Below, piece by piece: positions 1-15,300 of a stretch of 64,000 nucleotides of DNA. Under the pieces are notes generated by a model. That model did not search any database, was not told the origin of the DNA, and worked only from the letters and a program-made list of their open reading frames with translations. Within the stretch, counting starts at the first letter, position 1, and every line of letters starts with the position of its first letter. The stretch is from contig NC_092672.1 in the NCBI RefSeq assembly GCF_964355755.1, forward strand, positions 29,084,437 to 29,148,436. Direction: 5' to 3'. The translations under genes and the position numbers were made by a program. The DNA is from Antedon mediterranea. Taxonomy: Eukaryota > Animalia > Echinodermata.

Positions 1-254
1 GCCAAAATTGAACTTGCAAGATTGGCTTGGTTCGCACTGGAACATAATGTATCAAATACACTTCTTCCTTAAAGCCAATCGATCTTGGAAATTAACACCT
101 CGATCACGATCGATCAATCCCATATATAATACAAAATCGTGGATTTTGATATTTTACTATCGATATGTAACGTTATTCTTCCATAATCTATTGTATCTAC
201 ACCCTATAAAATTATTTTATCTATAAAATTCGTATTCGTAAAATCATTTTTCAG

Positions 255-388
255 TAAGTTATGTGGTCATGGACTTCCGGGTCAAGTACACACAGAAAAC
301 AATGAGCTTTTATTGTACTTTGAAACAGACAGTAAAATCAATTCTATTGGGTTCAATGCCTCATACGTCACCAATGATGATTACCATA
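255..388 (+). CDS. Exon encoding C-terminal part of a CUB domain (not in ORF track)
   Basis: tttttcag|T AAG TTA TGT GGT... = KLCGHGLPGQVHTENNELLLYFETDSKINSIGFNASYVT, matching the CUB pattern CG..P..(S/T)..N.L...F.TD....GF.A.Y; donor A|gtaagt is phase 1 and joins 821. Confidence 0.85.
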
Positions 389-3300
389 GTAAGTTTTAAA
401 ATGCCAATATTCTAAAAAAAATTACAACATACATAGCTTAAAAGAGTAGTAACTGCCTTTGAAAGCCCATTCTTTTCCCTGCAGATAGATAGAAATATAT
501 TTACACTACAACAAACATTATCGTCCCATTTAAAGGACGGGTAAGGTGCTTTAGTTTATTGCTTCTTCCCATTTGACAGCGATGGAAAAAGAGGAAAGTT
601 TCTTGGCCGCCTAGAAAACGGTCCACGGCTGCCTTGATCTTTACACACAGCAAAGTCCATGCTTTACAATTACGCCATCTTTCTTCTATCTGGTTACTGA
701 ACACTTCAGCAAACCAATTTCGTTGGGAATATAGAATAATGCCGAGTAATACATTTAGGTACAGTATCCCAATCCCGAATAAATACAGCTTGAAAATACG
801 AGCTTTTTTCTTTCTTAAAGATGACACCTCTCACGAATGTTGGCGGGACAGCTGTTACATAGACATCAAGGAGGAAGCAGTATGGAGCGATGCCCAAGAA
901 ATGTGTCAACAAATCGATGGACATCTTCCAGAAATTGACAGTTCAGACAACAACGACTTCATTCGGTCCTACGCTTCAGATTGTAACGTTGGACAAAACT
1001 TCTGGATTGGATACATGTCTGCTGAATATGGTGACGATTGGCAGTGGGCTTCTGGCAACCAGACGATTAACTTCACTAGTACGTTTAAATCAATGTATCT
1101 CGCTATACATACAATCTCTAAATTGTATGTTATGTAAGCCAGTCTACATTAGCAGAAGTTTTGTTTGCAAAGTCTAAGTATGTACATGTTCGGAGAAGGT
1201 TATGTTACTTGAAGCTGTCCATCTGAGAATCAGACGAGTACAGTGTAAGTCATTTGATCACCAGGTGGACAGCCTCCAGTAAGCACAAGCATCTCCACAC
1301 AGTTGAAAATTCGGAGTATTTTTTTACAAGCCCATTACAGCTACATGTTAATATTTGTTCCATTCCACTTTGACAAAGTATAGGTATCCAAAGTGCACTC
1401 TATTTACAATTGTTAAGCTCCTAACTTAACTTTGGTAGCGTAAAATCACAATTTTATAGTACTCCTTTATTGATAATTAGGTTGGGAGACTGGATACCCG
1501 TATCCTCGTGGTAGTAGTGCGTTGTGTGCCGACGCGTCCGTTTACGGATATTGGAAAAGTGAAAAGTGTTCAACAACCTATTCGGCTGTCATCTGTCAAA
1601 TACATTCAGAAGGGAGTGGTACGGTACACTATTTTGTTTCTTTTGCTACTTCAATGACCACTACTTGCTAGCACTCTTCTGATATCACTTGATGTGTCTG
1701 CTGCTACTACCGACACTACAGCGCACTGAAAACACCAACCGCTGCAACACCAATACTACTATTGGTGGATTGCAGCTGCTAGTTTGAAAATATTGTATAT
1801 TATTAATATCTTTTCATATTTTAGCATTGTGGTTTGACTGGGAGCCTTGGTCATACTGCACAGTGAGCTGCAGTGGAGGTATACAGAAAAGACACCGCGA
1901 ATGCACTCAACCAGGGAACTGCCCAGGAAAACTTCTTGACCAGAGAGTGTGTGCCGAAGAACCATGTCCCAGCGCCTACGCCCAAGGAAAACCAGCACTG
2001 ATGAGTAGTACGCTTGATGACACATCTGGAGCCATGAATGCAGTTGATGGAAATCCTTGGCCTAGAGAAGGAGACGCTAGCTGCAGTATAACGAGTATGT
2101 TATGTCTTTCATACATATTATACACTATTGACTGGTCTGTTCTGGATTTTCAAGAACTACTTGTTTTTCATTGTTTTCTATTTTCATTGAAACAGAAAGA
2201 AGTTTGGAACCATGGTGGATGGTAGACCTAGGGAAAACATATATCGTGGAAAATATCATCATCACTAACAGAGCAGATTGTTGTGGTTTGTAATTGAATA
2301 ATATGTTCATCTGATTTGTTTGTTGTTTGTTGTATATGATTCGAATTAACTCTTAATTGTATCACACTCAACAGGCGAGTACATTATTGGTGGCGTAATA
2401 CGAGTTGGAAATACTTTAGAAATACTGAAACGGAATACAAAATGTGGTCCGACAATAAATGAAACAATTGTGACGTCAGACTATCGAATAGACATACAAT
2501 GCAGCCCGGGAACCATCGGAAGATACGTCAGTGTACAGCTTGAAGATTTAGATGACGCAAAGTTACAAATGTGTGAGGTTGAAGTATTTACAACTGGTAA
2601 GTTTTAAATTATCAAACATTTCGGTGGTCCTGTGTGTCGATCTGAGACTGGTGTCCTTTAAATTAAAGCAAATTGCTATTCTACGCCTGCCTGCCTGCCA
2701 CATAAATCAATTTGGTTGTTATCTGAAGTAATTTCATCATGGGTATGCATGTGATTGAGCGTACGTATATGCGTGACGTGTACGTGTGAAATAATTTACA
2801 TTACATTATTAGCAATAAGAAAACGAATAATTCATATCTGCATTCTCGATTGTAATATATTTATTATTTTCGTAGGAACACCCATTTCAACACTTACTTG
2901 TCCATTTCATGCTGGCGCTTTCACCGATCCTAGCTCTAATGGAATTGACGTAACCTGGCCTGAAGTAAATGCTTATGATCCGACTGACCAAACCATTGGC
3001 CCAGTTTCTTGTTCATATGCAGCCGGCTCTAGGTTTCCTGTTGGCAAAACTGAAGTAACGTGTGAGGTTGATGACCCGATCTCTGGATGGGTGCTGTCGT
3101 GTTCCTTTTTCGTCAAAGTTACAGGTACGTTTCCTAATCGAATCGGTTTTGCGTCTACTAAAGATACATTTAGAAAATGCTGATATTTAACAAAAAATGC
3201 TAGAATATTTACAAACACCAAATAATGTGTATAGAATTTTTATCACACAGTATAAAACAATTTTACCATCGAAATTATTTGTCTTCTGACTGCCGACTTC

Positions 3301-6300
3301 TTCAGGGGTAAAGGATAATAATGTTGACTTGACCTATGTATTAATTCTTTATTCTTTATTTGACTGTAACTTAGTTAGTAATTTTTATCTTAGAGTCCCT
3401 AGTCGTCGTCTTAGAAGAAATACTACTTTTCATATTCCTTTTAGTAGAGTAAATGTTTTAAAAAATGGTTTTATTAGTAGATTAAGTCAAACTTACAATT
3501 CTTTTACTTTAAGAAACCCTGAGTTAGATATCTTTAGTAATAATTTCCGTAAGTTTCGTAACATTGTTAGTAGTTTAGTTTAATGTTTGTTATTGTATAT
3601 GTTCGTGTTTGTCTGTGTTCCCTCCTGTAAGTGGTGAACCATGAGCTCACTGTTGGTTGGGAAATGAATAAATAAATAAATAAATAAATGACGTAAAAAC
3701 ATTGTACTTTAGAAAACGGCCCCCATCAACAGTTGTATTGTCTCTACATTATATTTACAAACACAGATGAGTTTTTAAGTTAATACCAAATGTAATATTT
3801 CCCTTCTTTTATGGAATCTAGCATGCATGAATAAGTTTGGTGATAGTTGTTATCAAGAGGTCAATGATCGATATGACCAAACAAATGCTGAATATAATTG
3901 TCAATCACTTGGTGGCGCTTTAGTCTCTATTAATTCTGCTGAAGAACACGAGTTTGTCAGCATTTTAGTTGGTAGACTATCAGCATGGTCCTGGATTGGG
4001 TACACAGATAAGGAGAATGAAGGCCAGTGGGTTTGGGGTGATGTCTCTGAAGGAAATGGGTACACTGGTAGGTAAACTGCATGACGTTTGACATTAATGG
4101 CGTTCCTTATTGTTCACGTATAATTAGTAAATCTGTATATTTAATTTACGTAGGTATAACTGTAAATTGACAGAGTGTTCAACCAGAATCTAAGCATAAC
4201 ATTTATATTTTAATAACATGTATTTGCGCATGCGTAATACAAAAACAAAATCCGATATGCATTCGGTTTGGAAAACTGTCAATGACCAAAATTAAATTCT
4301 TTGTAATATAATGTTATTCTAAGATTGGGATGATGGTCAACCTGACAACCAAGGCAGTGACGGTGAAGACTGTGCAGTGATGAAAGACAATGGAAAATAC
4401 AAAGACCGGTCATGCGCAGAAGAGCATAACCCAGCAATATGCGAAGCACGTAAGCTGTACTTTTATAACTTTTTTCAATGTATTGGTTATTACTAGTACC
4501 ATCTAAAAAGTTGTTACGTTGGCTTAGTTATTGTTAAGCGTGGTTCCCACTAGCGATGCAACACAAGGACGTAACGCAACGCAAGTGAATTGACCAATCA
4601 CAAGCGATGGCTTATTCGCTTGTGATTGGTTAAAACGCTTGCGTTGCGTTTACGTCCTTGCGTTACGTTCTAGTGGGAACCAAGCTTTAGTTGTAAATAA
4701 ACTTACTGTAGCCGTTAAAACAATCATTACTCATTTAATATATGACAGCTGCTCGATTCCCGACGATGTCTTGTCCAGACCTCATCTCCAAATTCATCCC
4801 AGAAGGAACTGTTGAATCCCGAGTGTCCTGGGAACAGCCAACTGTTTTTGACTTCAATGGAAGACTGTTTGATGTCGAATGCAATCCAGAAGCTGACAGT
4901 GTATTTCCATTGGGTGAATCGAATATTACATGCGTTGCAAGAAGTAGCGATGGCGGTTACATCTCTTGTTTATTTCCAGTAGTTGTTCTTGGTAAGTTAC
5001 GATTCGTCACTCAAGTACTTTTATAACGTTAGTCTAGCTTGTTTCCAAGATTATCCATCCCTCTGAAGATAATATGCCAGTGCCATTTTTGGATCAACGC
5101 TTTTGAAGCGACTCCCATCATGTGACTAAATGACGAAAATGTTTGTGCATGCGCCGGGCATGGTAGTTAAACTATATGAAAGTGTTTTTTTTTGTTAATC
5201 TAGAATGTTCTAATCGTCTGGGCTTCAGTTGTTATGTTTTCCTGTCTGACAAACGTACGTTCAGTGAGTCTCGAGAGGAATGTCAAAATATTGGAACCGA
5301 CCTCGCCATCTTAAAATCTAGAGAAGAGATTGAATTTGTTACTTCAAGATTGAGTGTTGATTTAGTAGGTGATACGTCAGCATTCATTGGAATGGATGAC
5401 ATTGACGCAGAGAGTAATTGGATCTGGGTAGATGGAGAACATGTTGATGGGGCGGAATTGTGTAAGTACGTGAATCCGCTGAACATTATGTTTTAAAGTT
5501 AAAAACTATGGTCGTCGGTCAGCAGCAGTTCTTTTTTATAAATAATCAGCCGCCTTTAAACGTGAGTGGAAATTGCCGGGGTTTCACGTAGATTAAATGC
5601 ATTAAAAACACTATCATAAAGTAAACAACATATATAAAACACAATCATTCTAACAAGTCTTGTTACGTCTTGACAATATAGAATTTCTTTTTAGTTTGGA
5701 AAAGTGGAGAACCAGACAACAAAAACAACCAAGACTGTGGCTTATTGCTTGATGAAGGGTTATGGAGTGATAACTCATGTACAAGAAAATTTGCTGCAAT
5801 ATGTGAAGGAGGTAACGTACACATACGAGAATAGTATGCATTCAAAATAGGCACGTTCCATACCTATATTACGAACAGATTGTCTACAAATGAGGTTCGA
5901 TCCTGCAGACTCTAACGCCCTCCATACAGCCAGAAAGTATGGTCATGACCATGACTTTTACGATTGGTTCCCATTAGAGATGACGTAAACGCAACGCAAG
6001 AGAGTTGACAAATGACAGTTCGAATAATACTTCGCTTGTGATTGGTCAAAATCACTTACGTTGCGCTTACGTCTATAGTGGGAACCAAGCATTAGCGTAT
6101 TATATTGCTATATTATAAGTATCTTATTTCAATCTTACAGTTGCAGAATTCCCTATTATCACGTGTCCAGGAGCATCGGCTTTTGCCCGAGAAGGCACAT
6201 TAACTGCTAAAGTATCATGGGATACTCCAGTAGTTAACGATACCATGGGTAGAACATTCGATATCGTCTGTGAACCCAAAACAAATTCTGAATTTTCATT

Positions 6301-9300
6301 GGGCAACAGTAATGTCACGTGTGTAGCAACCGCAGGAGACGGCGAAACGGCGTCATGTGATTTTATAGCTACTGTTACAGGTTTGAATGTTTTCCCAAAC
6401 TATAATAATAACTTATAAAACAGTTACGACTCTCTAGTAAAAATAAAGTCCAATGGTTTTATGAGAGGCCAAAACCGACAAAATTTCAAACGTAAAATGT
6501 AGAAGATGCAACAATGAAAATAAAAATAAAAAGCAATTCATATAATGAATAAACATCTCCTGATTATTATTTTAGCATGTGACAACAGACTGGAATCGAA
6601 CTGTTATGTCTTTTTAAATGAAAAGAGAACATTTACCGAATCAAAAGAAGCGTGTCAAGCGATTGGAGCAGATCTTCTGGTAATTAACTCCCTCGAAGAG
6701 AATTCGTTCGTGATGTCAGAAATGGCAATTGAGATGATTGGCGTTGATGCAGCTTTTATTGGGATGCAGAGTGATGGCGATGGAGTATGGACGTGGACTG
6801 ATGGCACTTACGTGGATGGCTCATTCACAAGTAAGTGACTGCGTTACGTTGCCTTCGCGTCAGACAAAATGGTAAACTCTGACACCAAAGGAATTTTTGT
6901 GCAATTGTAGTTAGAGGTAGGCTACCCTTTTTACAAGAACTTGAGGTGTTTCTAACAGTTTAGATACGCTCTTCAATATCTTGACATATTTGAATAGACA
7001 ACATCATGAGCCTAAACTTCCGAACCAATCATCATTATGATAAGTTATTCCGAGACTCAACAAACAACATAAACATAAAAGCATGCCTTTATTTCCAGAC
7101 TGGAAAACAGGACAACCATATGGTGACGCCGACCATTACTGTGGTTTGATTCACGACGATGGCAAATGGAGTGAACACGTATGCTCAAAGGAAATGCGAG
7201 CTATCTGCGAAACAAGTAAGAAAGAACAACTTTAAACTTGGATTTGTTGATGCTGTAATGGTTCTGCAACAATACACAAGTTAAATAGTCAAATGTTAAG
7301 TATTATTTCTCATATATAAATGATATGTAGGGCTTATTGTTTTCTCTATATAGACACGTCATATGCTTTCATGGACTGCCCACGTGACGTTTTAGTTTAC
7401 GCTGCTCCAAGCGTTAACGGTGCAACTGCATTGTGGGATACACCAAACGTGACTGATCCAAACAACCGGGATATGCAAGTGACGTGTGAACCAACATCTG
7501 GCTCAGAATTTCTAATTGGTCAGACTGAAGTGATGTGTAGAGCAATGTTTCACCAATCAGAGCAAGCGCTGTGCTCATTACTCGTGAATGTTGTTGGTAA
7601 GATGATAAAAACCAATCACAATTATTCTGATGTTTATAAAAATTTAGACGCGACTATAGGCCTACTATAACTAGGTTGTTACAATGGGCTGTTATCAGTG
7701 AAGTTACTACAGCATCTCCAGAGAGCTGCAGAATAAAATGTATAACTCTTCAACTGTAATATACAAAAATTAGCAAGACAATACTGGAGCCCAAGAGGGT
7801 GATATAAGTAAACATCATTTAAGTAACACATAACTGTTACGCTGAACAAGTGTCATATTTGCATATGAATATTTATGAGTATAATATCGTCTAATTTAGC
7901 TATTTCATTTATTTAGTTTGCGAGAATGCATATGAAAATAGTTGCTACAAGTTTATTCAATCAAAGCAAATATTTGAAAACGCTCGCGACTCTTGCCAAG
8001 CAGAAAATGCAGATTTAGCTTCCATAAAATCAGAACCGGAGAGAGATTATATTTCTATCCATCAAAACGACCAATTAGGTTCTTCTGCTTTAATTGGTTT
8101 AAATGGTGTGGATAGTTCTTTGAAATGGATTGATGGCTCACCACTGCTACAAGATGAATTTCAAGGTATGTTACAATTTTCTAATCTTAAATGACTTTTT
8201 GAAACTGCATTAAATATCAGACACATTCAATTATGTTTTTTTAAATTACATTTTATTGTTACGATAGACTGGGCGTCGGGCGAACCAAACAGCGACGCTG
8301 GTGAAAATTGCGTCACAATGAAAACGAATGGCCAATGGAGAAACGTGAATTGTAATTCTAAAAATAGAGCTATCTGTGAAGCTGGTATGTGTTTAGTCAA
8401 TGTATTACCAATCGATATACTAAATTGCTCTTTGATAAGTTAGAGAACCTACTGAACATAGTTTCCAGCAATATTGTCTAAAAACTGTAATAAATTAGCA
8501 TCAGTTTCATTAAACTACTTAAAACAAACATATCTAAGTATTTAATACACGTAGTTTGTATCTCAATGACTTGCGATAGTCCGTTAAGGTGTACATTATG
8601 ACCTGCTGCAGAATCAAACACTTTTTTCAAAACTGTTTTGTCAAAGGAATTTATGCATTGCGTCTCTTATGCCCAAATGATGTCGTCACTCATCTGTCTC
8701 CAACTACGGGAATACCAAACTTCAACTATACATTACCAGAGCTGGTAGATCCGCAGGAGAGAAAGGCACATATTACTTGTGACGTCACTCTTGAGATGCT
8801 AGTTGAACTGGGCACTTACAATGTAACGTGTATGGGTATGCCGGACCAAAGTATCTTAGTGGTAACATGCTCGTACACAATAATAGTAGAGAGCCGTAAG
8901 CATTTACATTATTTCCAATTTCCAATGTTATATGTCCACTATTGGCTCGGGCCAGGACTAAAGATATTTACAAGCCTAACCACTTTTTCTAGGTAATTAG
9001 TTTTACATATTTAGCTATGTATTTATTCATTCAGAATGACACAAATAGTCGCAGTACTTTTACAACATCCTTTACTGTTACAATCGGTACCCATATCATT
9101 TTTATAATAGAACCACCACCACCAAAAATGACATGTCCTTCAAGAGCAACTGCCTTCGCCAGAGAAGGCACAGTATCCGCAGAGGTAACTTGGGAAAATC
9201 CTACAGTGAACGACACAGTAGGAAGAACTTTTGATGTCATCTGCGAACCTGAGGCGAATTCGCAATTTCCTCTGGGCAAAACAAATGTCACGTGTGTAGG

Positions 9301-12300
9301 AGAAGCAGACGACGGAGTTACGGCGTCTTGTAGTTTTTTCGCAACGGTTACAGGTACGACATTACGTCATATTATGTTTTCTTCGTCATAGTATTGAAGA
9401 TTTTTATTTGTATGTTTTCTGAAATGACGATTCTGAACTTTTAATAAATAAGGCCAAATGTGTAGGTCTACTTTAACCTAATTTCCTTCAAAAAGTTACT
9501 TTGAAAGTGAATATTATTATTACCAACAAATAGAGAGATTTGTACATGTTTCCGTTATACAAAAATGTTTGTTATTGGAAAAAAATGACCGTAATTGTAC
9601 GGGGAAGACTTTAAATCTTCGAACTCTTGGCAATATTTCAGCCAAAATGCGGTCTAAATTTCTAACTTTTCCCGAACTTTTTCAGCCTGCGAGAATAGGT
9701 TTGGGACACATTGTTATGTGTTCATGGACGCCAAGAAAACATTCTCTGATTCAAAAGCTGCATGTCAAGAGATTGGTGCTGAGCTATTGGTCATTGAATC
9801 ACTCGAGGAGAACGAGTACATAGTCTCCAAACTAGTGTCTGAACTACCTGACTCTGGGTCAATCTACATCGGCATGGATGACATTCTGGCTGAAGGAGAC
9901 TGGATCTGGAGCAATGGTGAACACGTGGCAGACTCATTTACTCGTAAGAGTTTTTGTTTTTTACATAAAAAAGTGTGAAAATCTAAAATTGAGTTTATAT
10001 TTACCGTTGAGTAGTCTAGTAGTCACGAATATCCCCTCCATTTTCCAACTTATATCTACCTTGGCCAGTAACACACTATGTGTTTAATAACAGATTGGAA
10101 ATCTGGAGAACCAGACAATTTAAATAACCAAGACTGCGGATTGATATTCAGCGATGGACAGTGGACTGACAATCTTTGTTCAAGAGAACGTACATCCATT
10201 TGTGAAACAAGTAAGTGACGAAATCAAAAATACGCGGAAGCCGGGCCTATATAGACTCAATAAATATAGGATAACGATCTTAATGCGCACGCGCAAATAA
10301 CACACTGAAACTATTAAATCAGTGTAACTGAAATTATTGTTTAAGTATGCGCAATGATCACAACTTAGGTAAACATAAACTAACGTTACAAGATATATAA
10401 ATAGGTACTGAACATGCATTCATGAATTGTCCTGCTGACGTTGAAGTGCACATCGATCAAACGGTGACAGGAACTACTGCATCATGGGATACCCCGGTCG
10501 TTACTGATCCAAACAACCGGGAACTGCAAGTAGCGTGTGAACCAAGTTCTGGATCAGAGTTTCTAACTGGTGTAACATCTGTTAAGTGTAGAGCAATGTA
10601 CGAGCATTCTGAACAAGCTACATGCTCATTCAATGTTCAAGTTACGGGTACGTTACGTCATTGTTACGCAATGTGACGACATTATTGCAGAATGATTAGT
10701 CTGACTCCTTTACTTTACAGTCGTTCTAACGATTCTTCAACTACCACAACTAACAAACACAGACAATTTGTTCATTTTTTCATCAGTTTGTGATATAGCA
10801 TTCATGTCAAGTTGTTACGAGTTCATAAACTCCAAGCAGACGTTTGAAAAGTCACGTGATCTATGCAGAGCACTTAATGCTGACTTTGTTGCAATAGAGA
10901 CAGAAGCCGAGAGAGACTTTGTCTCTGTCCATCAAAATGATCAATTTAGTTCGTCTGCTTTAATTGGTCTGAATGATATTGATGTGGAGAACTCGTGGCG
11001 ATGGATTGATGGTTCACCACTGTTACAAAATGACTTCCAAGGTTTGTTCATGTTGTTTAATTGTCTCCTTCGAAAGTTTCAATTGTTTATCAAACATTAT
11101 TCTGTTTACAGTTACATCATAATATTATGTACTGCTTTCTGTTTGGGAAAATAGACTGGGCATCAGGAGAACCAAATAACAAAGATCCGGGTGAAGATTG
11201 CGTTCTTATGAAAACAAGTGGACAATGGAAAGATGTTCAATGTGACGCACAAAACAGAGCGATATGTGAAATTGGTAGGTTTTAGTCAAAGCAGTCTTTG
11301 TAATTTACGCAGGTTGGCTTCATGGCAACAAATAGCCTACCTGTACCTCTAAATGTGGTGGGTCGAAACAACTTACCCGGGCGAGTAAATAACTAAGCCT
11401 ATGCATGTGTGGTCTCATGGTTATGGATGGATGGCTTGCTTAGGCATGTAAGTTGTGACTTCGTTTACGCATTTTGTGTGGTCAATATTGTCATTATGCT
11501 GCATACCCTGGACTATATGACTACCAACTTGCAACATAGTCATTCAACCAATGTAATGTGGATATGTCATAAGAAAGTTAAAAAAACGTAGTTTTACTGT
11601 ACTATAGTCATCTCTTTGTGAAAGCGCTAGTAACAATCCGTTATACGTGATTGAATAATGAATGACGTAACCTAATGAATAAACAGCCATACATAGGAAG
11701 TAAGATTTATACTAGGGTGTTCATTACGAGTATGTATCATGCTATTTTAACAAGTCAAAGATGTTGTAAAATCGTCAGAATATTATTGACCCAACATAAT
11801 GTTCAAATCAAAATATATTTCAACTAATTAATAGTACTCAATTATTCCTACAGAACTCAATATATTGCGGATGTTATGTCCAAGTAGCATTAATGTACTC
11901 ATAAGTCAATCAGCATCAGGGGGAATTGTTGAATACGATGCTCCTGATCTTATCAACGATCCTCGTACGCTGGCAGCAACATGTACCCCTCCTTCTGGAA
12001 CCTTCTTTCCAATTGGTACAACTAATGTGACGTGTACTGGGACACCGGAACAAAGTATACTTCAAGTTTTTTGTTCATTTGAAGTGACTGTAGAAGGTAG
12101 GTTCTATCTAGTACTTTCAAAATCTCATAACACGTGGTACACCGGTTTATTTTTTAACTCAAATTATCGACCACGCATCGATAGCCTGATTTTAAATATA
12201 TGGACATATACGTGACATTCTACTCAACCTCGCTATTCATATTCATATCATCAACAAGCCTTAAATTGACTTTAAGACTGAAATAAAGTAACTAGATACC

Positions 12301-15300
12301 AAATGTTAAATTCTTTTTTTCCACCCTCAGTGTCCGATACTCCATCAATTACATGCCCTTTAAAGGAAACTGCATTTGCAAGAGAAGGAACGTCGTCTTC
12401 CGAGGTCTCTTGGGATAGCCCAGTAGTAAATGACGTTCTTGGAAGATCTTTTGATATCGTTTGCAGTCACGAGATGTATTCACAGTTCTCATTGGGTGAT
12501 ACCAATGTCACGTGTGTCGCATCATCAGCAGACGGTGCTTCAACGTCTTGTAGTTTTCTGGTAGTTGTGACAGGTAAGTTATGAAATGTTATAAATATTG
12601 TTGATTAAATGTTGCTATATTATTGGTTACGTCGAAACACCCGAAAGATTAGGCTAATTTCGTGGAACCTAGGAGACTGCAGTTTTCATATAATGTATCA
12701 ACATTTATCAAGTCGATAAAGAACGATAAAGCATTTTGTTTTTCACCAATATACGCCTATTGATCTTATACTCTTAGCTTGTGACATACGATTTGAGTTC
12801 AGCTGTTACGTCTTCATGAAAGAGCTGCGAAAGTTTTCTGATTCAAGAGAAGCGTGTCAAGCTATCGGAGCAGATCTTCTGGTGATTGATTCAGTAAACG
12901 AAAATTCCTTTATAACGGACAGACTAGCCGTTGAGTTTCCAAAGGTAGTTTTTGTATATTTTGGTATGGATGACAAGGACACTGAAGGCAACTGGAAATG
13001 GATCAATGGTGAAAACGTTGGTGATGACTTTCTAAGTAAGTTTTAAAAAAATATTACGGAGACACCTTGATTAAAAGTGTTCCGTTAATATGGGTATCCA
13101 CTGAGTATAAGGACTGGCCGTAGTGCTATAACATAATATATTGCCCTGTAATGAATTTAATTTAGCTTGCCAACATAATAATACTAAATTAACCTCAACT
13201 AAATACTATGATTTGGTATTACACCTTTTATAATTAAGTAATCTCGTCGTCTTCACGATTTTTCCAATTTGTTTTACTTCTTTTCTTAATAACAGATTAT
13301 GAAGTTTATTGTCATTTCCTTTTTTGTACTGCAAATAAATATAATACACCATTACTAGTATCTTACATTTGTAAGATGGTGGTCCTTTTTCCTCCGGCTG
13401 AGGTCTTCACATACTACAAGTACCATCGTGTTAGCATTTTGTTCCATCGTGTGTTGATGATCACATCACGTTTCCAACTATTTTATTAGTAAATTTTCGT
13501 AGTTTGAAAATTATCTGAAACACCCCCCCCCCCCCCCCATAAAAACAGTATTCTGTAATGATTATATAAAATGAAAATATTCAATATTATGTTATAGATT
13601 GGAAAACTGGAGAACCAGATAACGATGATAATCAAGACTGTGGTGTGATTCTTCAAGATGGCCAATGGAGTGATAACCTGTGCAACAGATATATTGAATC
13701 TATCTGTGAGAAAAGTAAGAACTAGCTTAGCTAGCCAGTACGGATTAAATAGCCTTACGTAATTTAGTTCAGCAAGTCTTCTCTCAATTAAATTGTTTAA
13801 ATGAAAGCATCATGTGAACATCAGCTATGAATTGAATTATGTGGTGTATGTATGCATAGCTTGTTTCAAATCGAAAGCTTCATATTATTAGATTTGAATT
13901 TTGTCTTTGTAATACTTATACGATATTCATAAATGATGCACAAATAAAACCAATGTTAAATCATTATTTTCGCATTTCTATTTCTAGAAACTACATATGC
14001 TTACATGCAATGCCCAAATGACGTTGTAGTTTATGTTGATAACCTGGTGACTGGTACTACTGCATCATGGGATACACCAGTAGTGAATGATCTTTACAAT
14101 CGCGAGATGCAAGTGATTTGCGAACCCATCACTGGTTCGGAGTTTTTGATTGGTCAAACGATAGTGACGTGTAGAGCAATATTTGACGAATCAGAAGAAG
14201 CGTTATGTTCATTTAGTGTTGATGTCTTCGGTGAGTATTTGTTAAGTAATAAGAAATAAGTAATTATATTTTATAACCAACAGCAATTGCGCATGATGTA
14301 CTAATGGAACATAAACTTTAAATACAAGTTTTAATAGTTTGTACTTTGTACAGCAATACATTTCTTTTTTTCTCCGGCATGAATGTTACCACACTGGCAT
14401 TTTTCATTGTTTCATTTAGTTTGCGACATATCATTCGAAGCGAGTTGTTACAAATTGATAAGTTCTAAGCAAACGTTCCAACAATCACGTGATCTGTGCA
14501 GAGCAGACGATGCTGATTTCGTCACTATAGAGACCGAGAAAGAAAGGGACTTTGTTCTGAACGTTCAATACGAAACGTTTCAATCGTCTGCACTGATCGG
14601 ATTGAATGACATCGACAATGAGGGGTCATGGACATGGATTGACGGTGGTTCCTTATTACAAGATCAATTTCAAGGTGACTTACATATTGCCTCAGAATTG
14701 AATAAGGGGCATATGTTGGGGTAACGCATGTTGGGGGCCTATTACAACTGTGGTGCGGGGGCGGGGTTGGTGTGGAGCTCGACACCGTTCAAGCTGAATG
14801 TGCCTATACCCAGCTTATTCGACAAAAAAAGGCTGACGTACGTAAAATTGCGTTGGAAAATACTACAACAATAAAATACTGAGTCCATTTGAAGTCTATT
14901 TTCCTGTTGTGTTTTCAATGATCCTACATACAAACTAAAATATATTTAACTGTCTTTTTTGTTGGTATGATTCAGTAAGTGTTCTAATTGTATTCGTCTA
15001 TAAACATTATTACTAAAACACAGTTTAAATCTGATTTTATATTCCAAGAATGGGCATCAGGAGAACCAAATAACAAAGATCCGGGTGAAGATTGCGTTCT
15101 TATGAAAACAAGTGGACAATGGAAAGATGTTCAATGTGACGCACAGAACAGAGCGATATGTGAATTAGGTAGGAATCCTACTGTAGGTTTCAATTATTTT
15201 CAAGTTAAACCAAATAAAAAGTAACAATGTTCCGCAGATAACCACTCCCCAGTCAGCATACCGTATTACTTACAATACAATCTTAATTAGTTGGTTGCTT

